A DNA stretch of 64,000 nucleotides from Candidatus Enterousia sp. (GCA_045651525.1 JAZRSO010000031.1:3219-67218); one strand, 5' to 3'; shown: positions 1 through 10,333, counted from the stretch's first letter. Translations and numbers: made by a program. The notes: generated by a model not told the origin, from the sequence alone.

Positions 1-548
1 CCGTATCCTGGTCTGTCGACAAAGGCATCTTTACTGCGTTTTGCCCAGCGCGTAACCATATCAACGTTTTTTTCAACACGCTTTCTGTCGGCTGGCAATT
101 TCAGACATTCGTCCAAAACCATTGTGATATTAGAATCCAGCTGATGCTGAATATGCACAGAATCTTCGGGGCGCAAGAAATGCTTTTTCCCACCGTCAAA
201 GTGTGATGTAAATTGAACACCTTCTTCGCTCATTTTAGTCAGGGTTGACAGACTCATAACCTGAAAACCGCCACTATCTGTCAAAATCGGCCCATGCCAG
301 CCGCCAAACTGATGCAGTCCGCCCATTTTTTCAACCAAATCACCGCCTGGGCGCATCATCAGATGATATGTGTTACCTAAAATAACCTGGGTACCAGTTG
401 CGGCAACTTGTTCCATGGTTAACGCCTTGACAGTGGCCGCAGTACCAACCGCCATAAATGCAGGTGTTTGAAATGTCCCGTGTGCTGTTTCAACCGAACC
501 GCGACGCGCGTTACCATCTGTTTTAATTAAATTAAACTTTAATGACAT
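1..548 (-). CDS. tgt: queuine tRNA-ribosyltransferase, N-terminal part (gene runs off the left edge)
   Basis: Own minus-strand translation from ATG 548..546 gives MSLKFNLIKTDGNARRGSVETAHGTFQTPAFMAVGTAATVKAL..GNTYHLMMRPG..GWHGPILTDSGGFQVMSL, a canonical Tgt N-terminus. SD GGGGA lies upstream. It is absent from the ORF track because there is no stop inside the window. Confidence 0.9.
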   Translation of the reverse strand, partial: MSLKFNLIKTDGNARRGSVETAHGTFQTPAFMAVGTAATVKALTMEQVAATGTQVILGNTYHLMMRPGGDLVEKMGGLHQFGGWHGPILTDSGGFQVMSLSTLTKMSEEGVQFTSHFDGGKKHFLRPEDSVHIQHQLDSNITMVLDECLKLPADRKRVEKNVDMVTRWAKRSKDAFVDRPGY

Positions 549-565
549 ATATCTATCCCCCTGAT

Positions 566-1840
566 TTATTTGAAATTATCGTGCCATATTTTTCCCAAAT
601 CTGCATTGAAATCTGCCCCTTGGGTAACAACAGATATTGGGCCGGCAAAATATCCACGCGAATATTTTTTTACATCATCAACTGTTACATCGCGATTTAA
701 TTTAGATATATCATAGAAATCATAGATACGTTTATAGTTGCGATAATAATCAATCAGTTTATCACAACGACTGGTCGCAGATTCCAACCAATCTGCATCA
801 TGTAACATATCTTTGCGACAATATCTGTCTAAATCGTCCGCCGTTATGGTTAAATTGTTATATACCTTGGACGCTGTTTGCGAAATCAGACGAACAACCT
901 GGGCGACATTTTCATTGGACGTCTGGGTCGCAAAACCGTTCCAATAATGTTGAAAATTACCAACACCATACCCAGAAAAGCCATAAACCAATCCATTATC
1001 TTGGCGCAGGACATTAGAAATCTCTTTAATCATAAAACGTTCAAAACGACCAATACACATGGATTCATATCGTTTATCATACGCAACATCACAAATATCA
1101 GGAAACACGATACGCAATTTAACGTTCTTATTTTCGGGTTTGGAATTATGTGCAACTGTTGGCGTATAACCAATAAATGTATTTTCAGACACATCGTGCG
1201 TTGGCAAAAACGCAAACGAATCTTCCAAACACTGTAATATAGATGCGCTGTCAATAATACGTCCAGAAATACCAATTATACAGTTCTTGGCGGACAATCT
1301 ACGTGATAAAAATTCCAACATCTGTTCACGACTGAATGACATAATATTTTCAACACTGCCCAAAGTACGCGTAGATGGCGTTGCGCCACCAAACAGTATA
1401 TTTGATGTAAAGTCACTGAATTGACGGTCTGGGTTGTCAAGCGCACGACGCAATTCATCGCATACGACACTACGCTCAATCGCAATCTTATCAGAATCAA
1501 ACAATGAATTTTGTATCTGATCGCCAATATAATCAATCAAAACATTTACATTCTGTGCCAAAATGCGCCCATAAAATGTTAAAACAGCAGTACCTGTTGA
1601 TGCATTGCGTGTGCCACCATGGTAATCAAAATAATCGTCAATTTCGCGCTTTGACAGGAATCGCCGTGTCCCCTTGCACAGCATATGTTCGCAAAAGTGC
1701 GTCAGGCCATATTCATTTGGCGCCTCGTCACGCGAGCCTGTACTAAAAAAAACCTTTACCGCGGTCGTTTCTAAATCCATCGGATCCAGAATAACAGTTA
1801 CGCCATTTGACAATTTGTGCAGGGTTGGTTCGTATTTCAT
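566..1840 (-). CDS. M16 (pitrilysin) family zinc peptidase
   Basis: 424-aa ORF with the inverted zinc motif HFCEH (HxxEH) near the N-terminus. It is packed between queA and tgt on the same strand. Confidence 0.8.
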   Translation of the reverse strand: MKYEPTLHKLSNGVTVILDPMDLETTAVKVFFSTGSRDEAPNEYGLTHFCEHMLCKGTRRFLSKREIDDYFDYHGGTRNASTGTAVLTFYGRILAQNVNVLIDYIGDQIQNSLFDSDKIAIERSVVCDELRRALDNPDRQFSDFTSNILFGGATPSTRTLGSVENIMSFSREQMLEFLSRRLSAKNCIIGISGRIIDSASILQCLEDSFAFLPTHDVSENTFIGYTPTVAHNSKPENKNVKLRIVFPDICDVAYDKRYESMCIGRFERFMIKEISNVLRQDNGLVYGFSGYGVGNFQHYWNGFATQTSNENVAQVVRLISQTASKVYNNLTITADDLDRYCRKDMLHDADWLESATSRCDKLIDYYRNYKRIYDFYDISKLNRDVTVDDVKKYSRGYFAGPISVVTQGADFNADLGKIWHDNFK

Positions 1841-2853
1841 TGCCCATCCTTTTTAAATAACAAACAGCAATCGCCATAGCTAAAAAATCTGTATTTTTCA
1901 TCCACAGCGTGTTTATAGGCGGCCTTCATCTCGTCCAGACCTGCAAAAGCCGACACTAACATAAACAATGTGGATTTAGGCAAATGAAAGTTCGTCAACA
2001 ATACGTCAACCGCACGAAACGTATAGCCTGGGGTAATAAATATAGATGTATTCGCGCAAATTGGCGCAACACGTTGACCCACAGGCGCATTTTGTGCCGC
2101 GCTTTCCAGTGTACGCATTGATGTTGTACCAACTGCAATTATACGTTTTGCGTTATTGATAATATCTGCCTGTTCGTCTGTTATACAGCACCATTCGCTG
2201 TGCATTTTATGTTCTGATAAATTTTCTGTTTTAACTGGCATCCATGTACCGGCGCCAACGTGCAACGTGACATTTACAATTTTCGCACCACGCTGTTTTA
2301 TTTCATCCAGTAATTCATTTGTAAAATGTAATCCAGCCGTCGGCGCCGCCATCGACCCTAAGGGTGACGAATATACAGTCTGATAACGTTCGCGGTCATC
2401 TGATTGTTCTTCGCGTTTCATATATGGTGGCAACGGCATTTTGCCAACGCGTTCCAAGACATCAAAAACATTGTCGCACAAGAATTTGATTTTCAAGCCA
2501 CTGTCTGTATTTTCAACAATCTGTATTTTTGTTCCGTCGTCCAGCGATAAAATCGTACCAATCTTGATTTTACCGAAACGCTTGCACAGTCCCAGCCAGC
2601 AACCATCATCTGTGGCAGTATGCAGTGTTATTTCATATTTACCATCTGCGATAAAGCGCGCCGGTATCACACGCGAATTATTAAATACAACAACGTCGCC
2701 CGGCTGCAAGTAATCCAAGAAATCACGAATATGTTTATCTGATGTTTTTTCTTCTTTAACCACTAACATACGCGACGCATCACGCTGGGGCAGCGGATGC
2801 GACGCAATTAAATCAGTTGGTAAATCAAAATCAAAATCAGATGTTGTTAACAT
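1837..2853 (-). CDS. queA: S-adenosylmethionine:tRNA ribosyltransferase-isomerase
   Basis: 338 aa. The N-terminus MLTTSDFDFDLPTDLIASHPLPQRDASRMLVV and GTTSMRTLES are typical QueA. There is a 4-nt overlap with the downstream gene. Confidence 0.9.
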   Translation of the reverse strand: MLTTSDFDFDLPTDLIASHPLPQRDASRMLVVKEEKTSDKHIRDFLDYLQPGDVVVFNNSRVIPARFIADGKYEITLHTATDDGCWLGLCKRFGKIKIGTILSLDDGTKIQIVENTDSGLKIKFLCDNVFDVLERVGKMPLPPYMKREEQSDDRERYQTVYSSPLGSMAAPTAGLHFTNELLDEIKQRGAKIVNVTLHVGAGTWMPVKTENLSEHKMHSEWCCITDEQADIINNAKRIIAVGTTSMRTLESAAQNAPVGQRVAPICANTSIFITPGYTFRAVDVLLTNFHLPKSTLFMLVSAFAGLDEMKAAYKHAVDEKYRFFSYGDCCLLFKKDGQ

Positions 2854-2859
2854 ATTCCT

Positions 2860-3255
2860 TTATCTAGTTTTTTCTTGACCAATCGAGTTACGCACTGCAT
2901 TGATTTGATAGATACGTATTAAATCTTCTGCAGAACGACCGTTGACAGAATCTAAGACGGCGTTATAATAATCAGCACTCAAAATAACAGGCTTGTCTTG
3001 TGTAGTGCGATATTTCAAAGTGTCGCCAATCACAATATAATCATTGAAGTAACATTGATTATTCCTTAATTTTGAACCATTCATATACATTTTTGCATCA
3101 GCCAAACCGTCGTTGTCTGAATCTAAAAAGACATTATATTCATCTTTTTCAACAACTGTACCCTGCGCAGGCTGTGTCAGTGTTGATAATGGTGCGCAAG
3201 ACGCCATAACGCCAGCACTTGATAATGTTAATAAAACTTTTTTATAAAATTGCAT
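2860..3255 (-). CDS. small lipoprotein, paralog family member A1 (unknown function)
   Basis: Signal peptide plus lipobox (GVMASC). DSDNDGLAD is a Ca-binding-like loop. The C-terminal IGDTLKY..SVNG block is shared with 3326, 3840 and 4249. Confidence 0.7.
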   Translation of the reverse strand: MQFYKKVLLTLSSAGVMASCAPLSTLTQPAQGTVVEKDEYNVFLDSDNDGLADAKMYMNGSKLRNNQCYFNDYIVIGDTLKYRTTQDKPVILSADYYNAVLDSVNGRSAEDLIRIYQINAVRNSIGQEKTR

Positions 3256-3325
3256 TTTTTATCCTTTTGTTTTGCATTACACATATAAATATAATACAAA
3301 ACAACAAATTGTCAAGTCTTATATC

Positions 3326-3826
3326 TTATTTTGTTTTCTGATTTAAACCGTTTCTGATTTTGGCAGACTCCATAATACGCTGACGTTGTTTTGCAAATTC
3401 AGCCATAGACATTCCGTTGACTTTGCGTGCTGCAGAAAATATCACTGTATTTGAGCTTTTGGGCAAAACGTATTCCAATGTATCGCCAGGTGCAACATGT
3501 GAAAATGCACGTTTTGTATCCAGTGTCATTTTATCATCGTGTTTAAATACATTGTATAATGTCGTGTCCTTTAAATTTTGAACAACAATTGAATTAGCCT
3601 TACGATCCTTAACAATACCTTGTGTACGTTTGGTTTCTGGTTCTATGACAGTATAACATACAAACAAAAACAACAACACACCAAACACAGCAGGGATTGA
3701 CGAGACTTCATATTTAGTAGGTGTACCTGAACTTTGAGAATCTTTTTGTTGTTTGATTTCTTCTAATTTTTTCCCATTATTATCCATAAATTCTTTTAGG
3801 TTTCCGCCTTCTTGTAACTCTGCCAT
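3326..3826 (-). CDS. single-pass membrane protein, paralog family member B1 (unknown function)
   Basis: 166 aa with a charged N-terminus and one TM (IPAVFGVLLFLFVCYTVI). The C-terminal PGDTLEYV..KVNGMS block is homologous to the neighbours. Confidence 0.65.
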   Translation of the reverse strand: MAELQEGGNLKEFMDNNGKKLEEIKQQKDSQSSGTPTKYEVSSIPAVFGVLLFLFVCYTVIEPETKRTQGIVKDRKANSIVVQNLKDTTLYNVFKHDDKMTLDTKRAFSHVAPGDTLEYVLPKSSNTVIFSAARKVNGMSMAEFAKQRQRIMESAKIRNGLNQKTK

Positions 3827-3839
3827 TTTTGACTCCTTT

Positions 3840-4220
3840 TTATTTTGTTTTACAAATCCGTTTTTCTGTATAAATACGCTTCAAATCTTCTACCGATTTA
3901 TTATTAACAGAATCTAATATCACATTTCGTGTTGCGACATCTGCACTTAGATTGACTAAACGTTTATTTGCCGCACGAAATTTTAATGTATCACCAATTT
4001 GAATATAATCATGAAAATAACACTGATTATTATCCTGCTTGTTCCCGTTAATATACAGACAATTATCAACCGCACCATCACCATTTTGATCTAAATAGTG
4101 ATATTTTGTTATATAAACAACACGTGCAGCAACCGGTTTTGTAATATTAGAAACAGGTGCACAAGATGTAATCAATCCTGCACCAGACAACATTAACAAT
4201 ACTTCTTTATACGACAACAT
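3840..4220 (-). CDS. small lipoprotein, paralog family member A2
   Basis: Lipobox GLITSC, DQNGDGAVD loop, NNQCYFHDYIQIGDTLKF. Clear paralog of 2860..3255. Confidence 0.7.
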   Translation of the reverse strand: MLSYKEVLLMLSGAGLITSCAPVSNITKPVAARVVYITKYHYLDQNGDGAVDNCLYINGNKQDNNQCYFHDYIQIGDTLKFRAANKRLVNLSADVATRNVILDSVNNKSVEDLKRIYTEKRICKTK

Positions 4221-4248
4221 ATATATCCTATTGTGATTATTTTATATT

Positions 4249-4662
4249 TTACTTTGTTCTGGGCTGTAATGCATTACGTTGTAATTTTTCACGTTCTTTG
4301 GCAAAATGCGCAAATTTCTTGGAATTTATACGCTTCACAGCACCAAACGGCACAGTTGGTGTTCCGTGATCTACATACGTCAGTGTATCACCGGGCACAA
4401 CATATGGAAACGCACGTATTTCAGATGGCCAGAAATTCATCTGGCTTGTAACGATAAAATATTGTGATGTATCTTTCAGATTCCGAACATATAACAGATT
4501 TTTATCACGCTTTTCAACAACACCCTGCGTCTTTTCAGGCTCAGTACTTGCAAGCCCAAATACCATAAGCACAACAAAGACACCAACAATCCCTGTCAGT
4601 CCTTTGACAGATTCTTTTGGCAACTCGTTCTTCTTTTTTACACTTTCTTCATCGAAATTCAT
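4249..4662 (-). CDS. single-pass membrane protein, paralog family member B2
   Basis: One TM (GIVGVFVVLMVFGLA), QGVVEKRDKNLLYVRNLKDTSQY and PGDTLTYV. Paralog of 3326..3826. Confidence 0.65.
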   Translation of the reverse strand: MNFDEESVKKKNELPKESVKGLTGIVGVFVVLMVFGLASTEPEKTQGVVEKRDKNLLYVRNLKDTSQYFIVTSQMNFWPSEIRAFPYVVPGDTLTYVDHGTPTVPFGAVKRINSKKFAHFAKEREKLQRNALQPRTK

Positions 4663-4682
4663 TTTCTGCTCCTTTGTGTTAC

Positions 4683-5579
4683 TTATTTACCGAAATCCAA
4701 TCCTTGGTCCGTATAGTTTTCTGCTTTTTCTTCCCAATCCGGTTCAACACGCACAAACAAGTGCAAGCGTGCATTTACCCCCCACTGATCCTGAATATCA
4801 TGACGCGCGGCAGTTCCGATTTGTTTTAGTTGCGCCCCACCACGACCAACAACAATCTTTTTATGACCGTCATTTCGTACGGCGATTTTTTGATAGATTT
4901 CTAAAACACCATCATCGGCAACCTGTACCCGTTCTGTTACAACATTTATATGATACGGTAATTCTTGGTGGATGTACTTATAAATCTTTTCACGGGTCAA
5001 TTCTGATAAATACAATTCATCTGGAACGTCTGGTGCATCCACAGTATCAAACAAATATGGGCTTTCTGGCATAACGTTTGCCAATGCGTTCAGCATTTTT
5101 TCAATTCCGTCATTCTTTAACGCAGAAATCATAAATATTTCAGACCATGGTGCCATTTGATTCAATTCTGCAACCATTGGCAACAAATCCAGTTTCGCAA
5201 TTGCGTCAACCTTGTTCAATGCAACAAAGATATTTGGGCGGTCTTTGATTTTTTCTGCCAATGTGCGGATTGTTTCGGTTACACCCTTTTGTGCGTCAAC
5301 CAACAGCAACACTGCATCTGCGTCACTTACCGCATCCATCGCAGCCGCAACCATCGCCCTGTCCAGTCTGCGTGATGGCTTGAACACCCCAGGGGTATCA
5401 ACGAATATCAGCTGTTTATCACCCACCATTTTTACCGCACGCAGACGGGTTCGCGTGGTCTGAACCTTGTGCGAAACGATGGAAACCTTTTGTCCCATTA
5501 TTTGATTTAATAATGTACTTTTACCGGCGTTTGTTGGGCCAATTATCGCCACAAAGCCCGAATATGTTTTTTCTGTCAT
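4683..5579 (-). CDS. era: GTPase Era
   Basis: G1 GPTNAGKST, G3 DTPG, G4 NKVD and a C-terminal KH region. Start moved to the internal ATG at 5579 (MTEKTYSGFVAIIG). Confidence 0.9.
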   Translation of the reverse strand: MTEKTYSGFVAIIGPTNAGKSTLLNQIMGQKVSIVSHKVQTTRTRLRAVKMVGDKQLIFVDTPGVFKPSRRLDRAMVAAAMDAVSDADAVLLLVDAQKGVTETIRTLAEKIKDRPNIFVALNKVDAIAKLDLLPMVAELNQMAPWSEIFMISALKNDGIEKMLNALANVMPESPYLFDTVDAPDVPDELYLSELTREKIYKYIHQELPYHINVVTERVQVADDGVLEIYQKIAVRNDGHKKIVVGRGGAQLKQIGTAARHDIQDQWGVNARLHLFVRVEPDWEEKAENYTDQGLDFGK

Positions 5580-5627
5580 GATACAACAATAGCACACCAA
5601 TTTCAAAAGTGAACAAAAATCTTAAAA

Positions 5628-6278
5628 TTATGCGCGAAAATAAGGATTATTTTTTATCAGCCATTCAACCGTTGTCGCCATACCGTGACCATGAATCACT
5701 TCGGTTTCATCAGGTAATTGCAGGTTATATAAATTTGCGATTGACTTCATCAGCATATTTTTATCGCCACCGGGCAAGTCATATCGGCCAACACTGTCCT
5801 GAAATAACGTATCACCGATTATTATAACCTGTTCATCTGGGATATAATACGCCACGCTCCCTGGGGTATGCCCAGGCGTTTCAATAATTTCCATAAACAT
5901 ATTTGGTAAAATTTCCGTTCTGGTCAATTCCAATGCGGTTGGACGAACATCGCCAATGGTAATTGGTGGCAATCCAAAGTATTCCAACAAGTCATTTCCC
6001 CAACCAACCAGCCGAAAATCTGCATTGTGTAAATACCACGGAACGCCAAACATTTGTGCCAATTTTGGTGCCGCAGATATATGATCTGGATGTCCATGCG
6101 TTACATAAATCGCGCGCAATGTCAATCCGCGTTCATTTAACACATTCGCCCAGTCATCTGCCCTGCCCCACGGGTCAAAAATAACGCAATCCGCCCCCAC
6201 AGACACAATCACAGATTGTGTATTATGGGGTGGCATTTGAATCAGTTCAAATTTATTATTTCTTAGTTTTTGTTGCAT
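5628..6278 (-). CDS. MBL-fold metallo-hydrolase (glyoxalase II-like)
   Basis: HxHxDH motif VTHGHPDHI plus a later GHTPG. The start is uncertain (ATGs at 6326, 6278, 6236). 6278 keeps the first beta strand and overlaps the ftsH stop by 23 nt. Confidence 0.75.
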   Translation of the reverse strand: MQQKLRNNKFELIQMPPHNTQSVIVSVGADCVIFDPWGRADDWANVLNERGLTLRAIYVTHGHPDHISAAPKLAQMFGVPWYLHNADFRLVGWGNDLLEYFGLPPITIGDVRPTALELTRTEILPNMFMEIIETPGHTPGSVAYYIPDEQVIIIGDTLFQDSVGRYDLPGGDKNMLMKSIANLYNLQLPDETEVIHGHGMATTVEWLIKNNPYFRA

Positions 6279-8163
6279 TTTTCTTGACCGTTTTTTTGAC
6301 TGTTTTTTGTTTTTTTCCAAAAACAATTTCGCGAATTTCTTCGCCAGTTAATGTTTCACGTTCCAGCAACGCATTTGCCAGTTTTTCAACGGTCTTTTTG
6401 TTTTTCATCAGGTGCTTTGTCGCGTCACTGTGCGCTGCATCCAACCACGCCTTGATTTCATTATCGACCAGTTCAGCGGTCTTTTCAGACGCGTTTTCCA
6501 GCGCCCCGCGCACACCAAATGTTCCAACCTGATTTATTGCCGCCAAACCAACTTTTTTAGACAGACCCGCCGTTGTGATTGAATAGCGTGCCATACGTGT
6601 CGCAGTCGCAATATCACTTTCTGCACCAGTTGTAACCTTATCAGGTCCAAAGAACAATTCTTCGGCACTGCGACCTGCCAAGTAAATAGACAGATTTGCA
6701 CGCACTTCGTCCAAAGTCATTGAAACTTTGTCATCAATTGGCAAATGCTGAACCATACCCAGCGCACGGCCACGTGGTATAATTGTCGCCTTGTGAATTG
6801 GGTCTGTTATATCAGCATACATCAGACTTACAAACGCGTGACCCGCTTCGTGATATGCGGTCAGTTTGATATCTTCGGGGCGCATTTTGCGGATTTTACG
6901 TGGTCCCATAATGATTTTATCGCGCGCTTCTTCCATATCGTCCGGGGTAATTTCACTGCGTCCATTACGAACAGCGTGCAAAGCAGCCTCGTTCAACAGA
7001 TTTTCAAGGTCTGCCCCAGAAAAACCAGTTGTACCACGGGCAATATCTTGCAGGTTTACATTATCGCCAATTTTTACCTTTTTCGCATACAAATCCAAGA
7101 TTTCACGACGACCCGCCATATCTGGCAATTCGATATAAACCTGACGGTCAAAGCGACCAGGACGCAACAATGCCGCATCCAGCATATCAACACGGTTTGT
7201 TGCACCAATTACAATAATACCTGTATCATTTGCAAAACCATCCATTTCAATCAGCAACTGATTTAATGTCTGTTCGCGGTCTTGGTCATTATATGAATGA
7301 GTTGAACGCTTTTGACCAATTGCGTCAATTTCATCAATAAACAATATGCATGGGGCGTTACGCTTTGCCATTTCAAAGATTTCTTTTATCTTGGCAACAC
7401 CAAGCCCTACGATAATACCAGAAAAATCAGAACCAGACGCAGCAAAGAACGGAACATCTGCTTCGCCTGCGATTGCACGTGCCAACAATGTTTTACCAGT
7501 ACCCGGCTGACCCGACAGCAATACACCACGAGGAACACGCGCGCCAAGACTTTTGTATTTATCTTTGTTCTTTAAGAAATCAACAATTTCTGACAACTCT
7601 TGCTTTTCAGAATCAATCCCTGCAACATCTTTGAATGTTGTCTTTGGCTTGCCTGTGGCAATCTTGGTTGGGTTTTGTGCAACCAGACTGCGACCAATAC
7701 CACCTGGACCACCACGACGAAAACCACGCAAAATCCAAAAGATAAACAGTAATGTCAGCAACAATGGCGCAAATGTCATTACGCCTTCCATAAATGTTTT
7801 TGATGTATCAATTGTTATTGCAGTACCACTTTCTGCTAATTTTGCCAGCATTTCTGGATCATATGTGATTGTGGCGTTATACTTTGTGCCGTCTTTTAAT
7901 GTACCAGACGCATTATCACCACGAATTTCCATCGTTTTAATTTCATCAGAACGTCTGATAACATCAGAAAAAGACAATTCAATCGGACGTGAAATCGTTA
8001 CTGTTTCGCCAGCAACCGGATTTGTCAGCATATTGTCTGACATATAAACACGCACCGCAACCGCAGCCATCAATACAAAGAACATCGCCAAAAACATTGA
8101 TGAACGATCACGCTTTTGTTTATTTACTGGATTTGATTTTTTTAAGTCTTTTAAGTTTTTCAT
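6256..8163 (-). CDS. ftsH: ATP-dependent zinc metalloprotease FtsH
   Basis: Walker A GQPGTGKTLLA, second region of homology, zinc site HEAGHA. The start at 8163 (MKNLKDLKK) is uncertain and overlaps the tilS 3' end. Confidence 0.93.
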   Translation of the reverse strand: MKNLKDLKKSNPVNKQKRDRSSMFLAMFFVLMAAVAVRVYMSDNMLTNPVAGETVTISRPIELSFSDVIRRSDEIKTMEIRGDNASGTLKDGTKYNATITYDPEMLAKLAESGTAITIDTSKTFMEGVMTFAPLLLTLLFIFWILRGFRRGGPGGIGRSLVAQNPTKIATGKPKTTFKDVAGIDSEKQELSEIVDFLKNKDKYKSLGARVPRGVLLSGQPGTGKTLLARAIAGEADVPFFAASGSDFSGIIVGLGVAKIKEIFEMAKRNAPCILFIDEIDAIGQKRSTHSYNDQDREQTLNQLLIEMDGFANDTGIIVIGATNRVDMLDAALLRPGRFDRQVYIELPDMAGRREILDLYAKKVKIGDNVNLQDIARGTTGFSGADLENLLNEAALHAVRNGRSEITPDDMEEARDKIIMGPRKIRKMRPEDIKLTAYHEAGHAFVSLMYADITDPIHKATIIPRGRALGMVQHLPIDDKVSMTLDEVRANLSIYLAGRSAEELFFGPDKVTTGAESDIATATRMARYSITTAGLSKKVGLAAINQVGTFGVRGALENASEKTAELVDNEIKAWLDAAHSDATKHLMKNKKTVEKLANALLERETLTGEEIREIVFGKKQKTVKKTVKKNATKTKK

Positions 8164-9115
8164 TTTTCTTCCTGATACTTGTTTTTGCACCTTCGGGAAC
8201 AATCAGAATCTGATTCTTGAAACGTCGCACTGTACAATGCCCCAAGGTAAATTTACAATCTGACTTTAATTTACCTAGTGCAAATTGCAACGAATTCAAG
8301 CGTGGTTGATAATCATCCCCCCCAATCGTTTGAATCAAAACGCCCAATGATTTTAAACTAATATCGGTCGGTACGTCAAATAGAAAAGAATCAGAAAATA
8401 ACGCATAGTTATCATATAATACTGATTTTACACGCGCAGACACATCCCCGTCCAATGCACGACGGGCGCGCGACAGATTTTCCACCGCTAATAAAATACG
8501 TTCATCGCTGATCCCCAGCTTTTCTGCTAACAGGTGGCGATTTTTGCGAATTTTTACACGGGTATAGTTTTCATCGTCGTTCATTTCGTCACAGAAATAT
8601 TTAATGCCGTTGTCGTCGCAATATTTAATCAGTTCACTGCGAAACACGCCCAATAACGGCCTTACTATCTTAACCCCATCACGATATGATTCTGGTTGTA
8701 TTGCAGACAGACCGTTTACCCCACTGCCCCGTGACAGATTCATTAAAAATGTTTCAATTTGGTCGTCTGCCTGATGTGCAACCATCAGCGCATCAATATT
8801 ATTTTCCAAACACCAATCTGTCATAAATTTATATCGCGCATCACGGGCGGCCGCTTCCAGTCCAGAAGACGGCTTTTCCCCTGTCCAATAAAAAATCTGA
8901 TATGGAACGTTCAGTTTTTGGCACAAATCTGCGACATATTTTGTTTCTGTATCCGCCGCGTCACGCAGTCCATGATTTACATGCAACGCTGTGATATTCA
9001 TGCCTGCACCCGCCAACCAATGCAACAGACATACAGAATCAACACCACCACTGACCGCAACTGCCAGACGCTGGTCTTTATATTTACGTACAAAATCTAA
9101 AAACTTTTCATTCAT
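8120..9115 (-). CDS. tilS: tRNA(Ile)-lysidine synthetase
   Basis: PP-loop AVAVSGGVDSVCLLH. Its position immediately upstream of ftsH is a common arrangement. Confidence 0.85.
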   Translation of the reverse strand: MNEKFLDFVRKYKDQRLAVAVSGGVDSVCLLHWLAGAGMNITALHVNHGLRDAADTETKYVADLCQKLNVPYQIFYWTGEKPSSGLEAAARDARYKFMTDWCLENNIDALMVAHQADDQIETFLMNLSRGSGVNGLSAIQPESYRDGVKIVRPLLGVFRSELIKYCDDNGIKYFCDEMNDDENYTRVKIRKNRHLLAEKLGISDERILLAVENLSRARRALDGDVSARVKSVLYDNYALFSDSFLFDVPTDISLKSLGVLIQTIGGDDYQPRLNSLQFALGKLKSDCKFTLGHCTVRRFKNQILIVPEGAKTSIRKKNEKLKRLKKIKSSK

Positions 9116-9161
9116 TGTTGGGTTATTTTATGATATAATTTGCAAAAATAAAGGAAAAATA

Positions 9162-9713
9162 ATGACAAAAAGACTAAAATCAATCGCGGTATATTGTGGA
9201 CATCAGTTTGGTAACAATCCACAATTTGAAAAAGACGCATGGGCTGTTGGACAAATGCTGGCAAAAAACGGTATTCGCATGGTATTTGGTGGCGGTAATG
9301 TTGGTCTGATGGGAACGGTGGCAAATGGCGCGCTGGAAAATGGCGGCGATGTCAGGGGTGTTTCCACAGATGATGTTATCGCATTACAAGAACCTGCACA
9401 CACAGGCGTTGAAATGCAGGTCGTAGATGGTGTTAATGAACGCAAACAGATTATGTTTGAAATGTCTGACGCGTTTATCATTCTGCCGGGCGGAATTGGC
9501 ACACTGAACGAATTATCAGATATTATGACAATGCAACAAATTGGTGAAACAAATAAACCGCTGTTTTTTCTGAATACAGGTAACTTTTGGGCGCCATTAT
9601 CTGAATTAATTGAGCATATGATAGAAAATGGTTTTGTTGGGACAATGGATAACTATCACATGTTCAATGCAAACACAGTCGCAGAATTAACCGAACAAAT
9701 TTTAGGTTATTAA
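9162..9713 (+). CDS. LOG family (TIGR00730-type) nucleotide phosphoribohydrolase
   Basis: GGGNVGLMG and PGGIGTLNEL motifs. Start set to ATG 9162, preceded by AAAGGA. The upstream part of the track ORF overlaps tilS antisense. Confidence 0.8.
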   Translation: MTKRLKSIAVYCGHQFGNNPQFEKDAWAVGQMLAKNGIRMVFGGGNVGLMGTVANGALENGGDVRGVSTDDVIALQEPAHTGVEMQVVDGVNERKQIMFEMSDAFIILPGGIGTLNELSDIMTMQQIGETNKPLFFLNTGNFWAPLSELIEHMIENGFVGTMDNYHMFNANTVAELTEQILGY

Positions 9714-9925
9714 AGTTCAAAAACCTTGTCACGGGATGTGGCACCACGTATCAATTTAATGCTGGTCTTTGGAACGTTATAATATTCCGCCAGCATTTTT
9801 ATTACGTCATTTGTTGCCTTGCCATCAGTTGGCGCGGTCGTTGTATGTACGCGCACAACACCATCAGGTTGGACTTCGACCCGATTTATTTTGGCACGTG
9901 GAATAACGCGGACATTTATTCTCAT
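9710..9925 (-). CDS. DUF167 (YggU-like) small protein
   Basis: 71 aa, MRINVRVIPRAKINRVE..GKATNDVIKMLAEYYNVPKTSIKLIRGATSRDKVFEL, matching the YggU family pattern. Confidence 0.7.
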   Translation of the reverse strand: MRINVRVIPRAKINRVEVQPDGVVRVHTTTAPTDGKATNDVIKMLAEYYNVPKTSIKLIRGATSRDKVFEL

Positions 9926-10287
9926 TTTGCGATATCTGAAAAATCCTGTTTCTTGTCGCCTGCGATTAAATGTATATGGAAATGCGGAACACTTTGATAA
10001 AAGAACGTTCCATCGCCAACATTTGCCCAGATATTACAGCCATCAATACAGTTTTCCATACGGGCTGTTTCTGTCATACATGCCCAAAACGCGTTTTGTT
10101 CTGCGACAGGCGCATTATTTACAAAATCGAACATATTTCTGTATTCGCCCTTTGGAATAACCAGAATATGCGTTTGTGCAACCGGATTCAAATCGCGAAA
10201 AGACATCGCAAATTCGTTTTCATAAACGCGATTACATGGGATTTCACCACGGACTATCTTGGCAAAAACGTTATTTTTATCGTACAT
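9922..10287 (-). CDS. HIT family nucleotide hydrolase
   Basis: Histidine triad HFHIHLI. Start set to ATG 10287 with SD AAGGGGA. Confidence 0.8.
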   Translation of the reverse strand: MYDKNNVFAKIVRGEIPCNRVYENEFAMSFRDLNPVAQTHILVIPKGEYRNMFDFVNNAPVAEQNAFWACMTETARMENCIDGCNIWANVGDGTFFYQSVPHFHIHLIAGDKKQDFSDIAK

Positions 10288-10333
10288 ATTTTTATTCCCC
10301 TTGTGTTTCGGTTTTATCTTATTAAAATACAGA

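Noticed and set aside
8991-9161. 57-aa N-terminal extension of the LOG ORF, and similar extensions of the HIT, era, htpX, lemA, DUF378, MsbA-like and MFS ORFs
   Set aside because: The extensions overlap neighbouring genes or lack an SD. Internal ATGs with an SD give N-termini that match the family patterns.
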